Of a DNA stretch of 34,800 bases, positions 9,967 through 22,889 are shown piece after piece. Within the stretch, counting starts at the first letter, position 1. Every line of letters starts with the position of its first letter. The stretch covers positions 1 through 34,800 of the forward strand of contig ML002386.1 in the NCBI GenBank assembly GCA_003614675.1. Reading direction: 5' to 3'. This DNA comes from Dimargaris cristalligena (taxonomy: Eukaryota). The notes under the pieces are model-generated. The model worked only from the letters and a program-made list of their open reading frames with translations. It was not told where the DNA came from and made no database searches. The translations under genes and the position numbers were made by a program.

Positions 9967-12318
9967 CACAGCGGTGATAGAGGGAAGGGGAGTTTAAAAA
10001 GAAAACGGAAAGCGAGAGGGGCGGTTGCTATACTAGGTTATGGGCTAATAGCAAACCAAACGAACGGGAAGTTGAACAAGGGGGGGAGGTATTCTGGGGG
10101 GGAGAAAAGTATAGAGAAAGGGAGAAAGAGAGAGTAGGGATTCCAAAGGAAAGTTCAAGATACGCTTGGATAGATCCAATAGAGTAGAGTAGATTAAAGT
10201 AGTAAAGGGACAAGAGAGACAGTGAAAAGAGCGAGAGCAGCGGGCAAAACTCGCGACAGGTAAAAGGACAGGCGGGGGGGTATGGAAGCGCGCAACGCGT
10301 TTTGGGGACAATAGCTGAGGCAATAGGGGAGGATAATAGACCAAGTCAAAGAGCTTCGGGTCGGTTTGTGAGGGAGCGAACGGTAGGCGTTATACACACA
10401 CACAAAGGTAGGAAAGTAGTTGGTGGAAGTGGGACCCAATAAAAGGAACGACGACCAGGCTATAGGGTAGGGAAAGAAGGTGGCAGTGAAAGGGAGTAGC
10501 AACTGAATAAACCAGATGGAATTCCCTAATAGAGGTGAAGGAATAGTAGTAGGAATAGATTTACGCAGACAAGAGAGAGCAGCAGTCGATAGATGAAGAA
10601 GGGGTGGACTGGAATAGATTGAATGAATTGTAATTGTAGAATAGAGTATGAGAGAGGAATCTGAGAGGGGGCGGGGGGAAGGGTGCTTTATAAAACGGGA
10701 GAGGGGTTTCAGCTGGTAAATAATAATGGGAGTAGGTGGAGGAGATTATATGCGTATGCGTACACCATAGAATTGTGAGCCACTACTACACTAGCATATA
10801 GGGGTGGAACAACCCCTTTTTACAATAGCGTGACCACGGACAGGGAGATGAGGGAAGTTGCTACGGCAGGTTAGTAGTACTCCCTTACTATCTGGAGAGA
10901 GAGAGGCTGGGGGTTTTTTTTCTACAAAGGCGGGTGGATACAACAACAGCACTCTACTACTACTTACTATAAATGAGCTGTAGTATGGAATAAAAGAGGG
11001 GCGGTCGGTTTCCCCAATCGAAAATCTACCTGGATGGGGTATTGTAATATACACCACTCAAAGGGTGACTAATATAACCACTACTCTGCTGGCGTGGCCG
11101 TGATAAGGCTTGCGTATGTGAATGCTGATGGGGATTGGCTGAGCAGCAGTACCAGAGAAGAGCCAAGCAGAAGAAGAAATCCCGAGGTGGATAATTAGGC
11201 AAAGTAGCTGAGCTGGGGAGGGCTAGAAAGCGGGGTAGAGAGGCCCAGGAACAAGGGAAAAAGAGTGAGTAAGTTAGCAAGAAAATGCAATGAATTACTA
11301 GCGATAGATACGGCCATCACCACCGGGCGGGACGCAGGGCGTTTTATACCAGACACTTTGGCCAACCGGCACATGCACGGGGAGTAATGGCTTGTTTCCT
11401 GCATCGTTACTAAGCCGTTCGCTCGGCTTGGGACTTGTATTTGTCAACCTCCGGTGGAATTTAGGTGCATACAGTTGCCCCCGATTTCAGTGGGGAGACT
11501 GTATGCGCCCAGCCAGGAGGGGGGTTCGTTGTTCTGGGCCATCGGCGCATGAGTCGTCTATCTATGCGCAGTTCCTCGATGGAGGGTGTGGCGTTCGCTT
11601 CCGCCGGACCCTTCCATGGGCTGACTGTGTGGCTAGATAACCTCCGTCGCAGCGGCTCAACTCCCTAGCCGAATGATTAATAATAGCCCTAATATAACGC
11701 AGTCCTTGCCTTGTCTCGTGTTGTCTTGCCCTGCCTTGGCAACACATCAGCCACGTCGACCTCTCTCTCTCCCATTCTTACTCGATGGAATGGACGGGGG
11801 ACAATCCTGCTGGGCCTTAGTGAGACGACGGGTGGGTTCGCTGCGGCGATGAGTGGTCCCCCCTCTTCTGCCTTCAATACTAAGAATTCACCCATGACCA
11901 TTATACCCCAATAATTTCAGGGTGGATTATTTCGGGCTTCCAAGTGATGGAGCGTCGCTTTTCCACCCACCTATGCCTAGCCGTTGGTGATACTCCAGCC
12001 TTACCTGAGTTTTGTGGCTAGATTTGGCTTGGTGGGACTAGGGGGGGGGGTAGGATATAACAAAAAATGGGGCCATTTCCCCCAAGACATCGATTCCCTT
12101 TCATGAACTAATCCATCTAACCTGCTGAGCAATCGCCCCTACAACGTGACCCGGTGGGCTGCAGCATACATATCCTGAAGAGAAGTTCAATCCAGCGACA
12201 TGGCATCACCCTCGTTGCAACCCGCCCCTTTTCACCATCTAAAAGGAGGGAAAGTTTCCCGCTGCCCAAATTAGGTTATGTGTGGTCGCCAATGGGGTGG
12301 CTCTGTTAAGCACCCACC

Positions 12319-12395
12319 ACTACCATTACTACCACACTGTATAAACTACCATTACTACCACACTATATAAACTACCATTACTATCACGCTATATA
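12319..12395 (+). repeat. 26-bp minisatellite, about 3 copies
   Basis: ACTACCATTACTACCACACTGTATAA / ACTACCATTACTACCACACTATATAA / ACTACCATTACTATCACGCTATATA. Confidence 0.9.
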
Positions 12396-15300
12396 TTAGC
12401 GTGAACCCAAAAAATAACCATCAAATATATATACAATCAAAAAAGAGGGAGGGTTACAATAAGCTAATCCCAGATTCCAGCCTGACCCCATGAATAGATC
12501 AAGTGAGGGGTGGGGGCATCTCAACCATCTTCTTTTCAACCATTGTTTAATCACGCCTGTGATCAAAGGGAACTGCGGTAATAGCCGCAAGGACTAATAC
12601 TAATGACCTTCAAGAATGAACTCCTAAGCCCTGTTGTATTGCTCGCTTCCTTACTTGTAAGCCTAATTTTCCAGTGCGTCCGACTCGGCAAATAAACACG
12701 TCAGGCTATATAGAATAGCTGGGCCAACTCGGTAGCTTCCATTATGGTCGGCGTAATAAGACTGCGATTACATACTAATACTTTTGGACTGCGCCTGTTT
12801 TAGAAAGAGGGTCACATGTGCTGTTTATGGACCGGGAGAACCGCCAGACTGGTGCAGCTGTGTAACCCCAACACACCCCGCTGGGAACCGCCAGTATTTC
12901 TGCTACTAGGATTGTTATTATTGTTATTACTATTAGGATGGTTGGTACTATTAGGTGTAGTAATACTAATATCATTACTATTAGTAGCCCAGCAGATAAA
13001 ACTACTTCTAATGCCAATGTTGCTTTCACTGTCTCAGCCGCGCCGGGAGTGTGTGGTTTGGTGGTAATAGACGGATGTCGCGAACCAGTAAGCGTCGAGG
13101 AAATGTCGAATAGGGTTGGGGTAGAATATCCTCCCCGCTTGGCTGCGGAAGGAGAAGGGGCTTTAAACGCGTGGCCCATCCGCCGGCCGATTGGCCCATC
13201 CCGAGTCCCCTGGTTCCACAACGCGGCCCAATTATATTGCTGTATCGTCGAAAGAAGCCCCCTTTTCACCCTCCCCACCCACACTCGCTCTCTCCATTTG
13301 GGGACTTCGATTTATCCATCACGTGGCCTCTGTTAAATGGCCCGCAGATTGGGAAGAAGGGATGGGTGTAATTAAAAGAAGTCCCGCAGTCCATCAAAAT
13401 GCCAGATGACGGAAAACACCAAAGGAGCTGTCCCCCTCCCGAGGTATATCGCGGCCCGAGAGTTCCGAAGCTCACCGAGGGCGGACAGTATTTGGCATCC
13501 CAAGACTATCTACCACGCTGTCAAACTCAGCCGTACCTATTTATGTGTGGGTCTATTGTACACACATATACAACTGTGTTTGGAATTGAATTGGGTCCCA
13601 GCCCCATACAGTGCCTCAAGGCGACGGATTGAACCGGGTCCCGGTGCTGGATTTCCAGCCAAGCTACCCATATGTTATGGCGAGGCCAAGCCTCTCAACG
13701 TCGGGCTCAGCAACCCCTTCCAATCCCTCTGGGTATGGGTGACCCTTTGGCTCCTCATCTTCACTGCAGACCAACAAGTACATCATACGGTTATCTAAAA
13801 CTCATTAAGATTGCGGTGGCATCGCTCGGGTGGGCGCAGCCGCCATAATTCAGCCTGCCTCTTGGGAGTGGCCCGATACTCTTCATATACCCGCGCAGGT
13901 TTACATTTCATGGCAACATTCACTCATGCCATATACCACCTGTGCCCAAGCTCGGTAAACACCCCCCGCCCAAAAAAACCCAACAAAAACAGCCATATAT
14001 CGGTCCCAAGATATATGTGATACACCGCCCCTCTCTACGCCTCCAATTATCTGAACTAAGATAAAGATTGGACCTCCCAGTCTATATCGAAGTATTGGAA
14101 ACTGGTACTAGAAGGTCAACGAATTGTTTTGTACTTGAGCGTAGTCTTAGCGCCATTGCTTTCCCCCATCCTGTTTCCTAGCCGGTTTTACCCGAATAGT
14201 CCGAAATACCTGTCCCTGAACGCTGGGACTCCGTCTCAAGTTCCAATCCCCCAAAGTGTCCCCAAAAGCTCCAACTGGTGGGACGACCATTCTTGGTCAC
14301 CACTGATTCACATAATTAATTCCCTTTCTCATCTTTTCCGGTGGCCCAGTGTCACTGCCATCACCTCCTACCTACCTCCCTAAAGCCTCCGTGCGGGGCA
14401 GGAGGGGGGCGACATTGCTACTATATTATGGTAAATAATGCGATACTGTTGATGAACGCAGTGTAAAGTCCGTGCCCGATTGCATTTCGTCCTATTTCTT
14501 CCGTCCTTTCCGGGCTAATCCTATCTGGAGAGTAGCCCCGATCCAAGGCTGTGTTGTATATAGCTCTTCTTTCTCCGATCCTAGGACTTCCATTTCCTCA
14601 TCCTTCACCCCGTATGTAGACATACACCCTCCCTCTCTCCCTCTCTAATCCGGTACCGGCCGTGGGCGAATTCCGATCCTTTTTCGGCCGAGACCCACCA
14701 ATTAAACATCCACATTAATTTCACCCATCAATACACCCTGTCGCAGTTTTCCTCCCTCCCCCCCTTTCATCCCGCGATTCACTGGTGAAAATCATCTGCC
14801 GCAATTTACCGTTTTAATGATATAGTATGGGTGGGGTCCCGTTCAGCTAGACACCCCAAAATTTATAAACAGGACTGGACATTAATGATTAAGCATATAT
14901 ACCCCCCCAACTATCCTCCCATGAGCACTTTCTTCGTAATAATGTCCAGTGGTTTTAAGATTCTCTGGGATGTACTTTACTAAATTAAATGAATGATCTG
15001 AATCACTTCTCTTTTGATGGACTGATAAATGACCGTAGTTGGGAGTGTGTTACTATAAAATTAAATTATCTCATTGCCCAAGGTGGGAACGGTGTGCATT
15101 TATGATCCTATTTAATCTGCAATTAAGTACAGTACTTGCTAATTCTGATCGGTTAATGCCCTAGGTTCGGTGGGCCGAGCATAGTAGGATATACTCAATA
15201 AAGTGGTTTTTATTGCATTAATTGGAATGTAAGTTAACGGAGCCTTGGTATGAGAACTCGTTGAGTAAGTCTGGTCCCCACCATAAATGCAGGATGCCAG

Positions 15301-17070
15301 GATTGCTGGATTTTCCACCATCCACCACGCCACCCTTCTCCTACCCTAGAGGGCAATGCCGCTTCCAATATTCGAGACCCGTTTCCCAGTGCCCTCCAAT
15401 GTCTGCGTGTCCTTATCAGCAGCATTGGTCATTGTTAGCTCAAGCCAGACCTCCAGATAGTGGGAATATGGCTTTTTTTAGACATCAAGGTCTGTAGTCT
15501 GAAGTTGCATGTGCGCCCAATTGCACAAACCGAAATTTGCAAGTTGCAAGTGGGATTGTAATAGCCCCCAAGTTAAATATACTACTCCTTATTTGAGAGA
15601 CGGTCCACTATCCCGCTTGGACAAAACTCGCTGTCGTAGTGTATAAGTTTTTATTTTATAAGGATCCGTCCACGACCTTCACGTCTCATTTTGCCAGCGG
15701 TGTATAGTTGCTTACTGGCCTGCCATGGCGTTAGCGACCCTTTCCAGACCAGTATTCAAATATAACAGCGACAAATGTAACCGTTTTCCCTACCTTACAT
15801 TTTTGCTCATATCTCTCTCTCTCTCTCTCTCCCCTTTTCTTTCATAACTGGAGCTGGACGAAGACCTATTTATGGGCAATCCCCGCGTTTCGCATATTGT
15901 CCCTTGGAGGGCTCAATTGTTTACTAACCAATAACATGAATATCAGCAAACGGTAAGTTCGTATAAATATTGGACCGGGTCCACACCTTTCGGCACTACA
16001 TAATCTAAAAGGTTCCGTGTTCATATTTTTATTACTTTTCTTTTATTTTTATTTTTCAAAAATTCTACATTCCATTACACCATAATAACCCACTCTGCAT
16101 CTCATGGCCGACCTGATATGCCAGTTGGTAAGGTTCCCAGGCCTCCTTCATATATACTCTGGGCCGGCATGCCCCATACATCGATAGTTGATTAATTCTA
16201 GTGTAATCAATAAGTATGACTCGGCTTATGGAGGTAGCCTGACGTTTTTTCCACTTCAAAACTACGGTGGGAGGCACGGGATGACCACATTCCCACATAC
16301 CCACTCCCACACTTTGATATCAACTCTCACCATCTCCATTTTGTATGTTAATATTCCTTAACCGCAATTGCATTAATTTCGGGCTAGCGAGGGAAGGGTT
16401 GTCACAGTAGCTTAGAATATACATTTCCATTCAGTGGATAGGATTTAATACTACACATCCCCACCTCCTTCCCTCCTCAAATACAGCCATAGTGGAGTTG
16501 GCTGGTACTCGTTCCCATTTAGGTATATAACCCGTTAGCAGTTCAGTATTATGTCCATGTCCAACTAAATACCATATTTTGTACCCGAGTGAACGTCCCA
16601 AGGAACAGGGTGGCCAAGGCGGTACCATACAAATATATATAGCCTTAACACACAGTAGCATTTGTGGACATGCAAATACCTTTTTAAGATCATCGGCCGT
16701 GTTTCAGGGATTAGGTAAAGGTTCATTTTGAAAGACCAGAGCTGCGGCGAGTCTCAGTAATATCCAAGGGCCCCATCATTCGTGAGAGGTTTTTTGACAA
16801 TCTAAGTGTTGATCATGGTGAGGATTTTTTAAAAAAATACAATACATCTTTCCACATCCGTACGTTCTTGTTGGCCAATATTATTACTCGTCTACCTTAC
16901 AAAGGATTGCTGCACATGGTGCGTGAAACCACCAAGGATCAGTCGAGGGTGCTAGCCGTGCTTTTATTCCTATCCATATTACCCAATATATCCTTAAATT
17001 GCAGTATTCCAGCAATACCCAAAAGTGGTTGGGCCAGTCGAGGGTGGGATACATTACAGGGAATAGTTCA

Positions 17071-17784
17071 TTATTTATTAGTCACACGATCTCCTATGGG
17101 TAATGTCCGATGCAAATCAGTTGAGCAAGGTGTCCAATACCCACCATATCCCTGGAGGGTCCAGTTTGTCAAATTGGCTGAACCCCACGTTGAAGTTTTG
17201 GGTATGGGGTGAACAGGGAAGAGTATAGTGGTGGTGAATTGTTTACTGGTTCCCAAGTCAATTATACCACGATCCACCATTGTCTCGCCGCGAAACTCCC
17301 GACAAATCCCCGAGAATGATAATGTGTACCTGACCAGTGTATCTGAACACCCTGCTATCGAACCCTGATTTGGACTAATTTCAATGAAACCTTCCCTCAA
17401 TCTATTCCATCTCACTCGGTCATGGTGTAAATTAATTTTCTCCAATCCCCGAGGTAGGCTGACAATTGAAGCCAAAGCGGTCGCGGTAGAGATAATTGGA
17501 TTGTAATATTTGCCATCGATAAACCAATACTTCAAAATCAGAAAGAGAAATTACAAGTAGGTACATCCAATATATTGAAAATCATCTTATTCACCAGCTC
17601 TGCAGCCAATGGGACCGGTTTATGAAGTTTAATCGGGGAAATTGGCTGACAGGCTATCTGGCCACGTATGGTCCTGCCAATACTATCAAAAGTTTGGGTC
17701 ACATTATATATACTTATATAAAAAAATATAGGTTCTAGCCAGCTAGACGTTAATGTGATGAGCAAAGTATACGTAAAAGACCAT
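17071..17784 (-). pseudogene. Possible frameshifted relic of a small secreted protein gene
   Basis: An ATG at 17784 begins MVFYVY and needs a frameshift to join the hydrophobic LLITLTSSWL frame (17765-17538). Another shift is needed to join a 154-codon protein-like frame ending GYGGYWTPC (17535-17071). No confident family. Confidence 0.3.
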
Positions 17785-17857
17785 TAATAGCCAGTTTTTA
17801 CGTGGGTAAACCGCGCTACAGCGATCCACTTTGGGATAGTTTACGGGCCTCTTCATC

Positions 17858-20800
17858 TTAGGCAACTCCCGAATCCGACAAGTTGCGGGGCTCGGTCCGG
17901 GACGTTCCCGGTACTTTAGTTTCTGTACAAAAGTTGGGTTCGGCGAACAGGCGATTGAAAGCCGGTAATGGTAAGGTACGGGTCCGAGGGGCTAGTCCCC
18001 TGCCCGTGAAGTTCCGCCCGGAATTGGGCAGCGACGCCGACGCGGAAGGATAGGCTGGGTGGGTCAGACCTACCGCCACCACCTCTTTTGATTCGGTTGG
18101 TCCGAGGGGCGAAAGATACGAGGGCTGATTCCCGACCATTGGGTTGTTATTCCCGGGGCCGTTCGCATAGGAACCGGGAGCGGCCACCGGCGGAGTTGAT
18201 CGGCCACCCCATCCCATTTGCATCAAACTTTGGGCAGCCGTCCACCGCTCGTCTTTGCCCCGGCCGGCCGGAAGATCCGAGAGCGGCTCGTTGCCATTAC
18301 GGTCGGCGGGGGTTTGGCCTGACGGGTGGGGTAAGGTTTGGGATCGGTGAATATGTCCCCCCCGGGTCACTGTACCATGGTAGACGCGACTTGGTTCGGT
18401 CCAATTGGCCCAAGGCGCCAATTTGGGCCATTGGATCCGGAGGCCTGGAATCACATGGGTCGGTCGGGGGGCCTCTTTTAGTGAGGCAGGGAAGGGGGTC
18501 GAGGGCAATGGGCCGGCGACTGGGGGCGGTGGGCCGGTGGTGGTGGTAGTGGACCACGCCGGTCGGCTGGAGATAATTTCCGGGGCAAATGGGTCTACGT
18601 CGTCGGACATACAATGGTGGATCAAGGCTTGGAGGCTGGGCAAGGGTGTGGCTGAACCCAAAGTACCGGAATGGTAGATCCCGCTCGGCGGTACGGCTTG
18701 GTGGTCAGTACTCGAAGGTTCCATAGGATTATATCTCGATGGAATCTGATCAGTGCCAGGCCGATCACTTCCGGGGTGGCCAGGTGGCTGACCTGGCGTC
18801 ATTGCCTGACTAATGACTGATTCACCTATGCCGTCACCTGCATGGTTGGGTGCCATTGGGGATGAACGCCCCCCCACCTCCGTCTTGACCCGGTCAACGC
18901 TAAGCATACCACTACTACCCCCACTACAATTACCGCCGTCCCTACTACCGGTGGTTAACCCCGAACTCCCTTGGTTGCTGTTCGAATTGGGGGCGGACGA
19001 GGGGCTGTCGCCCCATTTGACGTTAATGCCCGAATCCGACGGTGAAATAGTTGACGCGGACAGCGAAGTCGTTGCCGCCCTGGGCGAGACGGGCATATAG
19101 TAGGTAGATGGCCGATGGGACGGCGAATGCAAAAGGCGAATGTCCGCTGTGGTCACTTTGAGTTTGGGCAATTCGGGGCGGGCCGGGGTAGCCGATAACC
19201 CACCAGCTGTACTTGTTGTTGCCTGGTAATGGACTAGCGTACTCCCCACCCCTCTATGAGCAGGGGAGAACGAAGAGCCTTGTTGATGAGTAGGTCGAGG
19301 AAGAAACTGGATAGGGGTAAGGAAGAGGTCCCGCGGTCGGCCGAGGTGTGGTTGAGTGGCGACAGTGGGGGTGGTGTTGGTGTTAGTGTGGGTGTTGGCG
19401 GCGCATCTCAGACCTGTTCGATTTCCCCCCAATCCCTCTCCTCCGTCTTGAAGCAGTTGGTGGGCCCTACTCACTAGGCCCCTGGCATCTCCGCATTCCG
19501 GTGCCGGTAGGGGCACAGGCTCCACGTTCATGGGTGTCATCACTTGACTACCATGGGCGGGACCAGGGGCACTACTCACGGGTAAGCTACGTTGCTGGGT
19601 TTCCAACATCGGTGAGGTGGTGGATTCGTCCCTCTCTAATTTAGGGCGCTTAGAGGAGGGTGGGCACACTGGTGTTCCAGGCATTTCTTGGCCGTTTTTG
19701 GCCTTTTCTATAGGGTGATTCTTACGGCGATGATACCGCCTATTAGACGTAGCAAAGTATATTTAAAGTAGGTTTAGACATCAAGGTTAGAAATGATTTG
19801 ATATGGCTGGATAGTACTTGAGGAGGGAGGCAGGCATCCAACATCGGCTCATTAACCCTAGCTACATGCTGTGCTTTAGTATAGCCTCGGGGCTATAATG
19901 ACCAGGCGCCGTAGTGGGATGGTATATAGTTTAGAAATACTTACTTTCGAGTTCCCAAGTCAGTCCGAACCCTAATCTTCAACCCCTGGTTAGCAAACGC
20001 CTTGGATAATTCCGTGGACTCCGTCATACCCGGGAAGCGTTTCGGCGAATAAACGGTAAACGGGTCCGAAATGATACAATGCCGAAAGTAGACCATCGTG
20101 TCGACCAGCTCGTACAAATGAAACTTAAGGCGATAGACGCCTTCTAAGCGAATGGACAAATCCGGGAAGACAAAGAAAGCCCCCCGTTGGTCGTTAATAT
20201 CCCGTAGGTTATTCACCGATGAAACCAGGGAACCACTCAGAATGGTGTTTTTACCGTTTTTGGTGTGGTAGATTTCCTCGTCGCCTGTTTCAGATAATAC
20301 GCACACGTACATGAAGAAATGGGGATTGACTAAGTCGGTGATGGCGGTGGAACAGGAAGTCGAGTCCGTGGGCTGGATATTGATCAGTTGAATAATCGGC
20401 GGGGGATCAATGGGTCGGCGGTCAACTATAAATTGCAACGTATCATTATGTTACAGTGGTATTAGGTTAGGGACGGGGGGGAGTTTTTTTTTTGGCTGTA
20501 ATTTTTGGGGTTAATTCTGGCCATGGCTTAGCGTATTGTAGAAAGTGTGCCTGTTCCAAATAGCGATGGTGTAGATGTATATTCTATTTACCTCGATCGC
20601 TCACACTGCCCATGCGTGATCGAATAGGTTGTTGTCGCATGACAAGTTGGTAGGGCCTACGGAAATACAGTAAGTATAAACCCTTGGGATTGCCTTATTA
20701 GATTAATTTAAAACTCCGACATGTTAGCAACATCCATGAGTATCAAAATCTGGTCTAGGAAAAATCCCTAATTGAGCCTACCTTGTGGTGTTATCAGAGT

Positions 20801-20894
20801 GGCCTGCATCACTATTGCCTAATTGGTCCGGCCCATTCGGTGCCAAGGGCTCCTGAATATCAGACACGGGTGACTGATACGCTGATTGCAACAT
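17858..20894 (-). CDS. Velvet-domain transcriptional regulator (VosA/VelC-like architecture), about 846 aa, 4 exons
   Basis: Exons 20894-20782, 20656-20592, 20425-19945 and 19739-17858; all GT-AG, phases checked. Velvet signatures YQLVMRQQPIRSRM, DRRPIDPPPIIQL, LSGSLVSS, GAFFVFPDLSIRLEGVYRLKFHLYE and SDPFTVYSPKRFPGMTESTELSKAFANQGLKIRVR. Basic NLS-like KRYHRRK and SKRPKLE, then a long disordered tail. Confidence 0.95.
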
Positions 20895-22889
20895 GGTCGT
20901 ATAATGAACTGAAATGATAAAAACAAGATAAATGCGTAAATGGGCCAGACGAACTGATGCTGAAATGAATTATGGAATTAAAGTAAATAATGGTAAGAAA
21001 TGCAATGAAACACAAACGAATAGGTGGTAAGAATGACTGATAATATCAATGAATTTGTTGAACGACAAGCGGTCGAAGACTGCCTTGGGAAAATAGTTTA
21101 AAGCCATCGGAAAAGAACCAGGAAGGGGCGATCATCGCTATATATGGTAGATAGTCGGTGCTAGGTGGTCTAGATCCAATACATACCAAATTTAAAGGGA
21201 GGAGTCCTTAGTGCCCATTCACTAATTCACAGTCAATGTGGGCATTAAGTTTTGTTCCACTTAGCGGTGGCGTTAGGCCATATACAGAGGAGAGGGGGGT
21301 GTTAATGAACAGGGCGGCTTAAAATTGGCCCACCCCGACAGAAGACTCCAGTGGGTTCCCCAGCGATTGGTGTCAGATTAGAGTGACTGGGGTGACTATT
21401 TTACCACTACTTCCCTACATGGTGTATTCGGTCGGAAAATAGCCCCAGTTTCTGGGTGAGGCCAGTTACCCTGGTAGTCCAAACCCCTATTTACCTAGTT
21501 GGTCAGGGTCAGGTATCAGAAAATAGCCATTTTCGAAAGGGAGACGCGGTACACTACTCTTGCTCTTTCGTTACTCCCCCTTGCACCTCCCCCCTCCTCC
21601 CGTCTCTCACTGTCTGTGCCCTTCCCCCTCTCTCCGTTGGTTTGAAGATACCGGGACTTATAGGGTCTAATGACTCCTTCTATTTAATCCCCTCACCAAG
21701 GGGTAAAAAACTCTGCGCACAGACCTGTGGATGATTTCTTAGTCCAGCCATTTCTTTGATCCTGGCACGGTCGACCCTTACTCTGTAATCGGCGGGAGCA
21801 GTTAGTGGGGCAGTCATTGAAGGTGAAACCTACCACTTAAGAGCCCCGCGGCTTATCCAGCTGTGTGGGTTATCAACCTGATTTGGACTCAGCTCCAGTA
21901 ATTGATGTGAATGAGATTGGGCTATTTTAACCATTGTAGTTTCAAGTCAAATCCATCTCATTATATCAGGGAGGAGTGTCCTACTTGGACGTGGTTCGAA
22001 TAAACGAGGTGGGTGTACAATACATCTAAACACTCGGAAGGGGCAATCTATTTGGTTTTTATGACTAGTCTGGGTGGCAAACTATTTTCAAGTCAACCAT
22101 TTGAGTTATTATTTGCAGCCTTTTGGCCAGCCCCATCCCTATGCACGCGGGTATTATTTATAGCTAAAAGTCCTTAAGCGGCGTATTTTTGGCAAGGCAC
22201 TAAATACGCCCCACACAGTTCATTTGTATGCCATAGTAGTAGTTATTCTTTGTAGCTGAAATAATTCCTTCGACTAACCTATAAAAATCGTGATGCTCGA
22301 AGGTCTACAAAGTCGTATTGCTGCTCCTCCCTGAAAGTCCGGGTGCTGTTGGCTGGTTCATTTTTTCTGTAGACAATAGTGTGGGCTTAACGAGTGTTAA
22401 ATAGACTTCGAATACTACTGTAACAAGGCTTAGGAAATGCGATTGGGGTGTGGCCTGGAGGCTGTGAGAATGGCTTGGGTAGAATCCCCACATTGACCAT
22501 TTCCCGAGGCCTACAAAATATTAGTTTTATCGGGAGAATGTTTTTGTTGTAGACTGAGTGTAACAGCTGTTACTGGTGGTTTACCAGCCAGAGCACTTGA
22601 CAGCCGACGCGATAGATCATCCCGATTCCCTCCTGAATTCAAGCCGACATTCCTTTAGTCAGCGGTTGCCTCTTCTCCTACCGTACCTCCATGCTAGACC
22701 CGGCCCATTCACGGCATTGCCAAGTCGAGCAGCAGCGATCACGTCGTGTCCCCCCACTCTCCCACCCCAATAGTCTCGCATTCCGTATTCCCGTCTCTTA
22801 CTAGTCTATTCACTTATTCTTTAGTTTTTTTTAAAAAACTTACAACTGAACGGCCGCATCCTTACTACTCCCAGCCGAGGCCAAACACC

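Noticed and set aside
12319-12395. CRISPR-like repeat array
   Set aside because: Head-to-tail repeats without spacers, no cas genes, eukaryotic context.
12775-13336. Overlapping ORFs with an apparent transmembrane stretch
   Set aside because: Hydrophobicity comes from TAT/TAG-type low-complexity sequence that is open in several frames; no domain.
17071-17535. DUF4360 or But2-like family assignment
   Set aside because: Only faint resemblance (Y..SFSG, WTPC); cannot be supported without a profile search.
18088-19477. Antisense and alternative-frame ORFs over the velvet gene (likewise over the cyclin, DHHC and p31comet genes)
   Set aside because: Shadow ORFs of GC-rich coding sequence.
21990-22005. 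GGTTCGAAT tRNA B-box-like motif
   Set aside because: No T-stem closure, A-box or cloverleaf.
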